Below, piece after piece: positions 31,240 through 40,883 of a stretch of DNA of 64,000 nucleotides; positions within the stretch are counted from its first letter, which is position 1, and each line of letters starts with the position of its first letter. The position numbers were made by a program, and so were the translations under genes. The DNA is from Candidatus Kapaibacterium sp. (GTDB lineage: Bacteria > Bacteroidota > Ignavibacteria > Kapaibacteriales > UBA2268): assembly GCA_963665665.1 (NCBI GenBank), contig OY762428.1:4672001-4736000 (forward strand), in the 5' to 3' direction. The notes under the pieces are model-generated. The model was not told the DNA's origin, made no database searches, and saw nothing but the letters and a program-made list of their open reading frames with translations.

Positions 31240-31569
31240 TTCATTCTCATATTAATTTTTTTCCCGTATACAATTTGTAAAATATTATCAAATAATAAAA
31301 TACCAAGTTCTTGGTATGTTTTTAAAATACGTGTTTATTGGTATTTTTATCCGTATTTATACGTAGATGATCATAATCCGGGTTTGAATAATCTTGGAAT
31401 AGAAATTCTATGAGCGAAATGATAATAAATATGCCGATGCCGAGGAATCGTGGCGAAAATGAAAAGAAAATAGCACTCGGTTTGCTTATGGAATCCATTA
31501 GTAAATCAAATTTTTCGTTCATACCCGGGATTGATTGTCTCGGGTCAGGAATTTAAGTATATGAAGAAG

Positions 31570-32337
31570 TTATCTTATCTTTTTACCCCATATAAAACAA
31601 GTATCTGTTGAACGTTTGGAATAAGTTATACCACAAAGCCGGCCATTGATTTGTTTGAACTTATAATTATTTCCTTCAAGTTCCCAGTATATCGCGTCGT
31701 CCTTCATCAGAAAGCGGCGGCCTATACTTACTGTATCGCCGGAATTGTAATTGAAGTATTGAATATTAACTTTATCTTTTTGTAAATCGAGGTAATAATT
31801 ATTGAATCTGATATCGCTGAAATTGGATTTCCACTGGTAAATCATTTTCCAGGTGCCAACGAAAGGTACCGGATCGATAACAGGCTGCGAATTATACCAG
31901 TTTTCCTGAAGCTTACCAGGCCCTTCCGATAGCGGTAGTTCCATGTAATTTATCATATATTGTGTGAATGAACCTTTGTTTTGAAGCTGTACCGTATCAC
32001 CAATCGGATCTACACCGTAGAATTTTGTATCTGCTTTAATCTTAATATTACTGCCGGATTCAGCGAAATCAATCTTCATTCTGCACTGGAATGTCTTATC
32101 TTCTTTCAAAGGATTGTAATCTTTAACAAAATTCAGGTCTTTGAGCGTTCCGCCGGCATAGATAGTTTTCTTATCCGATGAGAAGTTAATGGTTTCGAAA
32201 CCGGCCATTTCCAGCCATTCGGCGGCTCTGTTGCTAACAACTGAATGTTTTTCATTATACACGGTATCAGTTCCGTCAAGTACCACAATAGTTGCACATC
32301 CGGTAAATAGTAATAATATCAGGAAAATCTTTTTCAA
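31570..32337 (-). CDS. Hypothetical lipoprotein
   Basis: MKKIFLILLLFTGC lipobox; no recognisable domain. Confidence 0.75.
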   Translation of the reverse strand: MKKIFLILLLFTGCATIVVLDGTDTVYNEKHSVVSNRAAEWLEMAGFETINFSSDKKTIYAGGTLKDLNFVKDYNPLKEDKTFQCRMKIDFAESGSNIKIKADTKFYGVDPIGDTVQLQNKGSFTQYMINYMELPLSEGPGKLQENWYNSQPVIDPVPFVGTWKMIYQWKSNFSDIRFNNYYLDLQKDKVNIQYFNYNSGDTVSIGRRFLMKDDAIYWELEGNNYKFKQINGRLCGITYSKRSTDTCFIWGKKIR

Positions 32338-32408
32338 AACAGCCTCCGAAATTTATCAATCATTTAGTATAATAACAAAACAAAACATAAGAAGTTTACA
32401 AACAAAAA

Positions 32409-33833
32409 TTATTTTTTCAATTCCATAAGCACTATTGATTCAGTGTGCCATGTATGAGGGAACATGTCAACAGGCTGAGCTTCAAGAATATTAAATTTTT
32501 CCGACATAAGCTCAAGGTCTCTCGCCTGGGTTGCAGGATTGCAGCTGACATACACAATCCTTTCAGGGGCGACTTCAAGAATATGATTTACAAGATTCTT
32601 GTGCATGCCTGCTCTTGGCGGATCAATTAATATTATATCCGGCCCGGGCAGGGAATTAAGAAGTTCGGGCATGTTCTTTGCATGAAGGTCTGCGCAGTGG
32701 AATACAGCGTTGGCAATATTATTTCTTTCAGCATTTTCCCTTGCATCTTTGATTGAACTTTCAACAAGTTCTATCCCAAATATTTTATTACATTTTGTAG
32801 CTGCCGGGAGAGTTATTGATCCCGTTCCACAATACAGGTCCCAAACAATATTTTCAGGTTTGATGCCTGCATAATCTATGATACGGGAAATAAACCTGTT
32901 CAACTGCTTCGAGTTAGTTTGAAAAAACGAGAATGGCGAGATACGATATAGTATACCGAGAATATCCTCGCTTATATAACCTGTTCCCTTAATGATCTCT
33001 GGTTTTCCATAAGCAACCGGCGATATTTCATTATTCACAGAATGCAGAATGGTAGTGATTTCGTCAATTTTTGCGGGGAAATCATTATAATACCATTCCA
33101 TAAATTTTTCATCCTCCGGAGTCAATGGCCTGCCTGTTACCAGGATAAGCATGATTTGATTTTCATATTCGCTTGTCCTGATGATCAGGCTGCGCAGAAG
33201 CCCTTCATGCTTGTAATCATTCCAGGGTGTTGCTCCTGTATCAAGCGCTTTGTCTCTTATAGTGTTTAGTATCCTGTTTCCGAGAGGATTCTGAATATGA
33301 CATTCTCTGACGTCGATAACTTTATCAAACCTTCCGGGCACATGAAGCCCAAGAGCGAAGTTCTTCATTTCAATATCTTCATCTGATTGAATTTCCTTTT
33401 CTGTCATCCAGCGGGAAGCCCCGAAAGAAAACTCCATTTTGTTCCTGTAATTATATTCATCAGGAGAAGGCATCGTATCATGATAAACCGGGCAGTCGAT
33501 CTTTCCAATTCTTTCGAACGGGTCGGTTACAGATTGTTTCTTCCACTTCAGCTGGCTTTTGTAATCCAGGTTTTGCCATGAACAACCACCGCACTCGCCA
33601 AAATAAATACATTTAGGGGCAACCCTTTCCGGCGAATTTTCAACTATTTCCTGTACCCTGGCTTCAAAAAATTTTTTCTTCTTTTTTAATATCTGTGCAA
33701 TAACAATATCGCCCGGTACACCGCCCTTTACAAAATAGACAACATTATCCCTGCGGGCAACTCCTACTCCCTTGGCACCTACAGAATCGATTTTCAATTC
33801 CACCGGCGGCCTGTTTTTTCTTTTTCTTGCCAT
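32409..33833 (-). CDS. rlmD: 23S rRNA (uracil-5)-methyltransferase RlmD
   Basis: TRAM domain, C-x5-CGGC Fe-S motif, YRNKMEFSF, SFFQTN, DLYCGTG, DPPRAG, YVSCNPATQARD. Confidence 0.95.
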   Translation of the reverse strand: MARKRKNRPPVELKIDSVGAKGVGVARRDNVVYFVKGGVPGDIVIAQILKKKKKFFEARVQEIVENSPERVAPKCIYFGECGGCSWQNLDYKSQLKWKKQSVTDPFERIGKIDCPVYHDTMPSPDEYNYRNKMEFSFGASRWMTEKEIQSDEDIEMKNFALGLHVPGRFDKVIDVRECHIQNPLGNRILNTIRDKALDTGATPWNDYKHEGLLRSLIIRTSEYENQIMLILVTGRPLTPEDEKFMEWYYNDFPAKIDEITTILHSVNNEISPVAYGKPEIIKGTGYISEDILGILYRISPFSFFQTNSKQLNRFISRIIDYAGIKPENIVWDLYCGTGSITLPAATKCNKIFGIELVESSIKDARENAERNNIANAVFHCADLHAKNMPELLNSLPGPDIILIDPPRAGMHKNLVNHILEVAPERIVYVSCNPATQARDLELMSEKFNILEAQPVDMFPHTWHTESIVLMELKK

Positions 33834-33956
33834 AACCTGCCTTTTTCTTTCCCGCCATTAATTAACAAATTCTTAACAGTAATTATATTTTAACTACACT
33901 TTAAAATCTTAATTTATCACTTGTTATTAAATTTACTAAAAAAACAGTAAAGAAAA

Positions 33957-34859
33957 ATGAGTGAAAAGAATTTTCCTGAAATTAAAATGAGTAAAACAGA
34001 GTTATCAAGACTGATTGATGATTTTATTGATAATTGTTCCGATAAAAGCAGGCAAACCAGGCTGACATACATGCGGGCTTTGAATGAATTTGTCAGATTC
34101 TTTAACAGGGATAAAAAGTTTCTGTTTGCAGTGTCAGATGTGAAAAGATATATAAGGTATCTGAAAAACCGTAAACAGATGAAAGATTACTCTCTGATAA
34201 CATATCTTACGGCATTAAGAAGATTTTTTCGCTATTTAGTAGGAAGGGGAGTATTAAAAACCAATCCTGCCAAAAAGATCAAGATTAAAATTAGAGAAAA
34301 ATCAGATAAAATATCCTATTTAACTGAAAATGAACTTGTTGAACTGATTAACAACCTTGGGAGCGATTCCATTGCCGATACCAGGGATTCTGCAATTATC
34401 AGCCTGATGGTGGTTTGTGCACTTAGCGAGCAGGAAATATCATCGCTTAATATTGAAAATATCATTATTGATAATAATATTTTCCTTGAAATACCAGGGC
34501 AAAAAGAAAAAACAGAAGTAAATGCACCAGCCTCATCTGTTTTACAAAAATATATCAGCAGCATAGATAATGAAACAGGTGATAATCCACTATTCTATAG
34601 TTTCAGCAATCGTTCAAAATATGAAAGGATCAGTATCAGGGGTGTAAGAGAAATTATCAAGCAGAGGCTTAAAGATCATTTCAGCGAACAAAGTGAAAAG
34701 AAGATCACTCCCTATATACTTCACCACAGCGCCGGTATCATGATGGCCGCAAGCGGTAAATCAGTAGAGGATATTAAAAAACGCTTTAATATCAAGGTTG
34801 ACAAAATTGCAGAACAATATTTTAATTTTGTTGAGGATTTCAAAGCAAAAGTAGTTTAA
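33957..34859 (+). CDS. XerC-like tyrosine recombinase-family protein with degenerate catalytic motifs
   Basis: N-terminal SAM-like domain (T..TY...L..F, ALRRFFRYL...NPA), RDSAIISLM; ALSEQEI instead of GLRxxE, PYILHH instead of HxLRH, no LGH. Confidence 0.8.
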   Translation: MSEKNFPEIKMSKTELSRLIDDFIDNCSDKSRQTRLTYMRALNEFVRFFNRDKKFLFAVSDVKRYIRYLKNRKQMKDYSLITYLTALRRFFRYLVGRGVLKTNPAKKIKIKIREKSDKISYLTENELVELINNLGSDSIADTRDSAIISLMVVCALSEQEISSLNIENIIIDNNIFLEIPGQKEKTEVNAPASSVLQKYISSIDNETGDNPLFYSFSNRSKYERISIRGVREIIKQRLKDHFSEQSEKKITPYILHHSAGIMMAASGKSVEDIKKRFNIKVDKIAEQYFNFVEDFKAKVV

Positions 34860-34872
34860 ACAAACTTAACCC

Positions 34873-34922
34873 AAAAAACAGGACTGCCGGTATTTTTTTT
34901 TATTAGGGGCAGTCCTGTTTTT
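34873..34922. terminator. Bidirectional terminator between convergent genes
   Basis: AAAAACAGGACTGCC...GGCAGTCCTGTTTTT 15-bp stem. Confidence 0.75.
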
Positions 34923-34934
34923 CTTTTTTTAATA

Positions 34935-36977
34935 TCATCGGCTAATAACAAATGATTTTCTTAAAATTTTATTATCTGCTTCAATGTTGAGAAAATATAT
35001 ACCATTATTTAATCCGGTAATATCTATCTGATTATCACCGTTTGTTAAAATCATATTTGACAATATTTTATTTCCCATATTATCATATATATCAGCGGGG
35101 AAATTATTTCGGGCACTTCCTTTGTATTGCAGGGAGACTAATAGCTGGCCTGCCGAAGGGTTGGGATAAACCAAACAACAATTAGATATTTCTTTACTGT
35201 CAACGCTTAGTATATCAGCCTTGCTTCTCCAAACTCCCTTATCGGTAGATATATAAAGCCTGCTATCAGCACCAAGCACCATTGAATAAAATGTTCTGCC
35301 GCTCAAATCTCCGGTTATATCGGTTAATTCTTCTGTTGAAGCGTCTTTCCTGAATATTTTATCCGGGTGGGCAGCTATATAAACATCCCCGTTCGGAGCT
35401 ATTACAAGCCCCCTGGCAACTCTGCCGGTAGCATCCCATTCAGCTTTATTCCAACTAATACCATTATCGGTTGTTGACAAAATTCCAGCTGCTGTTCCAA
35501 ATAAAGTCTCACCAGTATTATAATTATGCGCATAGGACCATAGAGTACCGGCAGCTCCGTTTGCCACCTGACTCCAGGTTAGCCCTTTGTCTGAAGTACG
35601 GTATAAGCCGTCGTAATTCGAACCTGCTATAACCGAACCATCCCGCATGCCGAAAATATCAACAATTTGGTGCTTAGGAACTACATCGGATTCATACCAG
35701 TTATTACCCATATTATCGGACATATAAATTCCATTCAGAGTTCCAAGATAAACTACACCATCGGAATAATATACTGACAGGCCTGTATATTCGCCATAGC
35801 CAACTCTTGACCAGCTATTTCCTCTGTCAGGTGAGTACGAACATGGATTGTCTATCCATATAGTATCTCCCTTTGCATATATGTTTTCAAGTGGTTTGTA
35901 ACTGTGATTATATTTGCCACTCCATCTATTATTTGTCGTTGAATAAACATTTAATCCCGAAAAATTGGATATCCCGGCAATTCCGTCTTCGCCAACATTT
36001 ACCAGGCTGTAAACTACAGATGACGGAGCTCCTTCGAACATTGGAACGGCTCTTCGTTCATCGGGTTTCCACAAGTAAAAAATTATTTCACCTTTAAAAA
36101 ATGATCCGACAATAACCTGATTGTTGTTTACAATAAATGCTTTATGGGTATTCATATAAGTGTCGTTTTCAATAAATTCACCGTCTTTTGTCAGAATTCT
36201 GGATAATCCTAAATCATAGAAGTTCCCTTCATTGTCAATTATTTTGGGGTGGAATTCTGAATCAAATTGATCAGAAATATCAATCCAGTTTTGTCCATAA
36301 TCGTTGGATTCCCAGCATTTATTTAAAAACAAATAGAACTTATTCGATTTTTTATGATAGAATAAAGTAGAAGATGGTGAAAAATATTCGGGCAGGTCGA
36401 TTGATGAATTTTCTTCAGTTGCCGGATCAAAACATATAATTTTTTTGGATAGCAGTGAACCGGAAAAAAAGTAAAGCTTATCATTGGCAATACAAGGCGA
36501 AGAAACAATTCCATAATTAGTATAGGCGTTTTCAGGATCGGTACATTGCCATGATTCCCCGCCGTCAATAGAGTATTGAATTTTGCCACTTGAAATAATA
36601 AAGCAATTTTGCCCGTCCGAGACAAATTCAATACAGCTATAGTTGAGTTCTCCCAAAAATGAGAAACTTTCTCCATTATCATTTGTAAAATATCCATTAT
36701 AATAATCAAATATCAACCATTTATTTCTGTTTATTAAACCAACTTGAATAATTTCATAAGTTGTAACAGGAGTAACAACCTTGTTCCATCCCATGTTAAT
36801 ATCATCAGCAAAAACAATTTCACCATCTTCAGTTAATCCCAATGCATATTTTTCGGTTGGAATTGTTGAAATATCAATCAATTTGCAGCCTCCGGGGCCG
36901 TTTGTGTATTCCCACTCAATTGAAAATGATTTTGAAAATGAAATAATAACAACGATAAACAGAACAGTAAGTCTCAT
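34935..36977 (-). CDS. BNR/Asp-box beta-propeller protein with T9SS C-terminal domain
   Basis: WEYTNGP, repeated S.D.G..W Asp-boxes, VYPNPSAG...GIYFL...FVISR. Confidence 0.88.
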   Translation of the reverse strand: MRLTVLFIVVIISFSKSFSIEWEYTNGPGGCKLIDISTIPTEKYALGLTEDGEIVFADDINMGWNKVVTPVTTYEIIQVGLINRNKWLIFDYYNGYFTNDNGESFSFLGELNYSCIEFVSDGQNCFIISSGKIQYSIDGGESWQCTDPENAYTNYGIVSSPCIANDKLYFFSGSLLSKKIICFDPATEENSSIDLPEYFSPSSTLFYHKKSNKFYLFLNKCWESNDYGQNWIDISDQFDSEFHPKIIDNEGNFYDLGLSRILTKDGEFIENDTYMNTHKAFIVNNNQVIVGSFFKGEIIFYLWKPDERRAVPMFEGAPSSVVYSLVNVGEDGIAGISNFSGLNVYSTTNNRWSGKYNHSYKPLENIYAKGDTIWIDNPCSYSPDRGNSWSRVGYGEYTGLSVYYSDGVVYLGTLNGIYMSDNMGNNWYESDVVPKHQIVDIFGMRDGSVIAGSNYDGLYRTSDKGLTWSQVANGAAGTLWSYAHNYNTGETLFGTAAGILSTTDNGISWNKAEWDATGRVARGLVIAPNGDVYIAAHPDKIFRKDASTEELTDITGDLSGRTFYSMVLGADSRLYISTDKGVWRSKADILSVDSKEISNCCLVYPNPSAGQLLVSLQYKGSARNNFPADIYDNMGNKILSNMILTNGDNQIDITGLNNGIYFLNIEADNKILRKSFVISR

Positions 36978-37082
36978 ATCAACCTCCAATAATTGAGTAA
37001 TGTTTGTAATATCAATTAACTAAATTAATTAGCATTAATTTTCATTGAAATAATAAATTGTACTAAAGCCGGGGGCTTCTAT

Positions 37083-37529
37083 TTAAAAAGCTGAAATCAA
37101 TATTTCTCTTTGGTCTTCATTTTCCTCATTGGTCAGGATCTCTACTTTATAAGAAGTTCGTGGTATAGCTCCTTTTGATTTTTCAGGCCATTCAATCACT
37201 TTAATTGAATTATCTGCATAAATGCATTCCTCAAATCCTATCTCTGCAAGGTCGTCGGCATTCTTAATACGATACAGGTCTATATGATAGATAGGGAATT
37301 CCTCGTCCTCAAAAGTTCCGAAATATTGATTGATAATTGTAAATGTCGGGCTGGATACAATTTCTTCAACTTCAAAGAAACTGCAAATGCCCTTCACAAA
37401 TTCAGTTTTACCTGCCCCAAGGTCGCCGTGAAGTTCCACAATATCTCCCGGTTTAAGTCTTCCGGCAAATTCTTCGCCGAGTTCAATTGTTTCGTCTTCG
37501 CTGAATGTAATATACTTCTCTGTTTCCAT
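37083..37529 (-). CDS. tsaE: tRNA threonylcarbamoyladenosine biosynthesis ATPase TsaE
   Basis: GDLGAGKT, SSPTF, HIDLYR, IEWPE. Confidence 0.96.
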   Translation of the reverse strand: METEKYITFSEDETIELGEEFAGRLKPGDIVELHGDLGAGKTEFVKGICSFFEVEEIVSSPTFTIINQYFGTFEDEEFPIYHIDLYRIKNADDLAEIGFEECIYADNSIKVIEWPEKSKGAIPRTSYKVEILTNEENEDQREILISAF

Positions 37530-37670
37530 TCATATAATATATGAAAATTTTCCGAATAAACCGAATAGAAGATTTTGCGGGGGAGTGTTGTAGAATAATC
37601 GCCATAAAAAAAATACTGATTAATATCAGCATTCAAAAAATTGTAAGGGCACAGTAAAATTAGTAGCAAT

Positions 37671-38786
37671 CTAAAATTCAAACATAAGAGACAAATGATG
37701 TGATATTCCTGTTGTTGAAATGTAATCGCTTGTAATACTGTAGTCGATATGTGTATTGAAAGGAATATCCTGTATTTCAGGCCTTATCGATACCCCGCCA
37801 CCCCATGTATTCATAGGGAAAAGTTGAGGTTGTCCGAGTTTTTCACCGTAAACACCTATCCCGGCACGGAACGCAATAAGTTCGTGAAGAACTGCTTCTG
37901 CCCCGATAACGAGCTTGGGTGAGCGTTCGAACTGAGTCATCATCAGGTCGGCGCTGAAAAGGATATATCTTGTAGCAGGCTCAATAACTTCAATTACTTC
38001 ACCATTTATATCACGTGTTGTATAAGAATCATCATTAAGCCCATACTCCATTGCAATACCGGTTCTTATTGTATATGGAACAGGTTCCTGGTCTTCACTT
38101 TCGGTATTCCAGAACATCATTCCGGAAATATTATTGACAGAAACTCCGAAAGAGAACAGGTCTGCAACGTTGAATTTCATTCCGAGGTCAACAGCATAAC
38201 CATCGGCACAGGTATTCGAGCCAGAAAGATTATTTGACAGATATTTAAAAGATGCACCGAGAGAAGCAAATTCAATCCTGTATCCAAGCGCTCCGACAAA
38301 TGAATAGGACCAGTCAGTCAACGTCCCGAGAGGATTGCCTTTTATATCTCGCCCCATGAATGAGCCTGATGAGAAACTGTTCAGACCAAAACCAATACCA
38401 AGATTGTCATATATAGATTGCCCGTAGGACAATACGGCATGTTTCCTACCGAATTCCAGGAAAGAATATGATGTTGATACCAGAGGTTCAGGCCCGAAAA
38501 AGGCAAGCCCGGAAGGATTATAGAAAATTGCATTGGGTTCGTTAACTATTGCAGAATAGGCTCCTGCCATAGAAAGCGGCCTTGCACCGACATCTCTGAG
38601 AAGATATGCTTCAGAATATCCTGCTCCTGACGACTGGGCATAAAGCCTGAATGGTATCGATACTGCTAATAGTAATAGATATAACAACAATGTCAGGAAA
38701 AACCTGATCAGTTTCTTTCTTATATTGCCGGATATTTCAGGATAAATTGTTCCTGATAGTGTTCCGGGTTCAGTATGTGAAGTCAT
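37671..38786 (-). CDS. PorV/PorQ-family outer-membrane beta-barrel
   Basis: GARPLSMAGAY...AIFYNPSGLA N-terminal motif of the FadL/PorV family, AVDLG, terminal Phe. Confidence 0.82.
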   Translation of the reverse strand: MTSHTEPGTLSGTIYPEISGNIRKKLIRFFLTLLLYLLLLAVSIPFRLYAQSSGAGYSEAYLLRDVGARPLSMAGAYSAIVNEPNAIFYNPSGLAFFGPEPLVSTSYSFLEFGRKHAVLSYGQSIYDNLGIGFGLNSFSSGSFMGRDIKGNPLGTLTDWSYSFVGALGYRIEFASLGASFKYLSNNLSGSNTCADGYAVDLGMKFNVADLFSFGVSVNNISGMMFWNTESEDQEPVPYTIRTGIAMEYGLNDDSYTTRDINGEVIEVIEPATRYILFSADLMMTQFERSPKLVIGAEAVLHELIAFRAGIGVYGEKLGQPQLFPMNTWGGGVSIRPEIQDIPFNTHIDYSITSDYISTTGISHHLSLMFEF

Positions 38787-38787
38787 G

Positions 38788-39288
38788 CTACCTCGCGACT
38801 ATAAATTTACCGGTCAGCCTGAAATTCTTTCCGTGAATCGTACAAATATAAACGCCGTTTGGGAGTTTCCAGGATTGAATGATATATTCCATCTCCCTGA
38901 CCGGCTGCCCTTTGTAAACCTCCAGAACTTGTTTTCCAAGGAGGTTGAAAACCTCGATTACAATATCGTTATCATAGTTTTCCAGTTCAATTTTCAAGGC
39001 ATGATTTCCGCCTTTTTCAACCAGGTATTTAATACGGTTTTTGTTTGATACCGTGTCTGCCTCGGTTTTAAGGCTGTCTGCCTCTTTCATGTTAATAATA
39101 CCATTAGCAAATTTTATGCCATCGGCTGGTTCAACATTGGAAAGAATGTGCTTCATGCTGTATTTTCCAGGAAGCATATATGGGGGGACAGGATAATACT
39201 GTGCAAATATACCGGTGCAGGCTACAGCAAGTAGTATCCATGTTAGTAAAAAATACTTAAAATATTTGGTAAATTTAGTCATCTTCAA
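38788..39288 (-). CDS. Small secreted protein consisting mostly of a T9SS C-terminal domain
   Basis: Signal peptide; IEVFNLLGKQV...LPNGVYIC...KFIVAR. Confidence 0.78.
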   Translation of the reverse strand: MKMTKFTKYFKYFLLTWILLAVACTGIFAQYYPVPPYMLPGKYSMKHILSNVEPADGIKFANGIINMKEADSLKTEADTVSNKNRIKYLVEKGGNHALKIELENYDNDIVIEVFNLLGKQVLEVYKGQPVREMEYIIQSWKLPNGVYICTIHGKNFRLTGKFIVAR

Positions 39289-39319
39289 ATCAAAAATTAT
39301 TGTCTGTATAGTTTAAATA

Positions 39320-40882
39320 TCATTTCTTCTTCTTTTTAACGGAAAATTTCCGCTCAAGTTCTGATTTTTTTCCACTGTCCTTTTCCAGGTCTTTAAGTTT
39401 CCTTCTCATCTCTATCCCGCTTTTTTCAACTCCGATCTTTTTTGCCGAGTGGCTTATGTTATCTGAATCCTTATCTTTATCAAAGTCAAATTCCTGGATA
39501 TTTTTGTTTAAATTTTCTTTTTTCTGACGATTAAGTTTCATTGCTAATCTTGATTTTGGGTCATTATCTTCAATTTTATTTTTAGCAGCCCTTTTTGCCG
39601 CAATTTCTTCTCTTTCTTTATCAGCTCTCATTTTTTCAAGGATCTCTGATAATTTATCGGGATCCGGTTTATTAGAATATTTCTTTTCCATCTCGGCTTC
39701 TCTTGCCTTAATTTTTTCCTGAGTTTTTTTCTTTTGTTCTTCCCGATAAGCCTGTGCCGCTTTTATTTCTGCTGCTTTTCTTGTATTATATCGCGATTCC
39801 GCAAAAGGTTCTTCCATCGTGTCGTAAAGCTTTTTCATCCGGCCTTTTCTCCATCTAAGATAGGCTGCCGTTATTGCTATTGCTACAAAAACAATAAAAC
39901 CAATAATATAAACAATGATCTTTCCAAACCAGTCCGGAACGAAAGGGCTGGGTTCTGATTCATCATAATCTTTTCCCGAGGATTCAACCCCGGCAGATAC
40001 AGAATCGCGGTCGAACAATTTAGCAAAGCGACTATCTTCGCTGCTGTCAGCTTTTGCCGTATCAATAGTTATTGAAAAAACCGTATCGGACAAAGCCGGA
40101 TCGTCGAATATAGCCCTGACAAAATCGCCTGCCCTTTCTGTATAAGAACTATCACCTGTAATCGGAGAAATCACAGGATATTTTTTTACACCTGTCAAAT
40201 TTTTGAATATTCCGCCAAAGAAATCAGATCTTTTATCAAACCCATATTTTTTAAGTAACTGGGCAGCAGCTGCATAAGTATCGGGAATATCAGTTTTTGC
40301 AACAAGGGCTTTGTGAATATAGCGGCTGCTTTCTTCAATATCGCCTTTTTTAAGTTTCAACAATCCAAGTAGAGCTGTTGATTCAATATGGCCGAAAGAA
40401 GCTGCAATTTCCAGCTCTTCTTCGGATTTGGAGTCTATACCGTCCATCATGGCAAGTTGTGCCGTACGGTAATGGTCCTGAACAGGCGTCAGGTTGTTCC
40501 ATGTGAAAACTTCAACCATCAATGCTCTTGACCATTTTTGCAGAATTGCAGTATATCCGCGTTTTTCGTTTAGCAAAATACTTATTTCACAATCTGACTC
40601 TTTCTGACGTATATAAATTTCGTTATATATTCCGGAAAATGATTTATTCCTAAGTCCTTCAGGAACAATACATTCTTGTATTTGAATGCTGATCTTTTTT
40701 TTATCTTCTGATAGTTCGGAAGTATATTTTTCTGGTAATTCATCAAAATATATCATCAGCCGTTTTTCAGGTGAATTATTTATTTTGCGGATATTGACAG
40801 CCGAATATAAGTCGGTAGCAAGAATCAACAATAATATAAATATTACCGAAACGTAACTGCTATGTTTTAATATTTTTTTCAT
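39320..40882 (-). CDS. Hypothetical membrane protein (periplasmic domain with TPR-like helices, one TM, charged cytoplasmic tail)
   Basis: Signal peptide, helical segment ALLGLLKLKKGDIEES..YIHKAL, TM IIVYIIGFIVFVAIAITAAYL, K/E-rich tail. Confidence 0.7.
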   Translation of the reverse strand: MKKILKHSSYVSVIFILLLILATDLYSAVNIRKINNSPEKRLMIYFDELPEKYTSELSEDKKKISIQIQECIVPEGLRNKSFSGIYNEIYIRQKESDCEISILLNEKRGYTAILQKWSRALMVEVFTWNNLTPVQDHYRTAQLAMMDGIDSKSEEELEIAASFGHIESTALLGLLKLKKGDIEESSRYIHKALVAKTDIPDTYAAAAQLLKKYGFDKRSDFFGGIFKNLTGVKKYPVISPITGDSSYTERAGDFVRAIFDDPALSDTVFSITIDTAKADSSEDSRFAKLFDRDSVSAGVESSGKDYDESEPSPFVPDWFGKIIVYIIGFIVFVAIAITAAYLRWRKGRMKKLYDTMEEPFAESRYNTRKAAEIKAAQAYREEQKKKTQEKIKAREAEMEKKYSNKPDPDKLSEILEKMRADKEREEIAAKRAAKNKIEDNDPKSRLAMKLNRQKKENLNKNIQEFDFDKDKDSDNISHSAKKIGVEKSGIEMRRKLKDLEKDSGKKSELERKFSVKKKKK

Positions 40883-40883
40883 A

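Noticed and set aside
31322-31522. 66-aa ORF as a real gene
   Set aside because: No recognisable motif or clear ribosome-binding site; cannot be supported or excluded
33862-33878. TTAACA-N5-TTAACA direct repeat as an OmpR/PhoB-type box
   Set aside because: Only two units in very AT-rich DNA; plausible by chance
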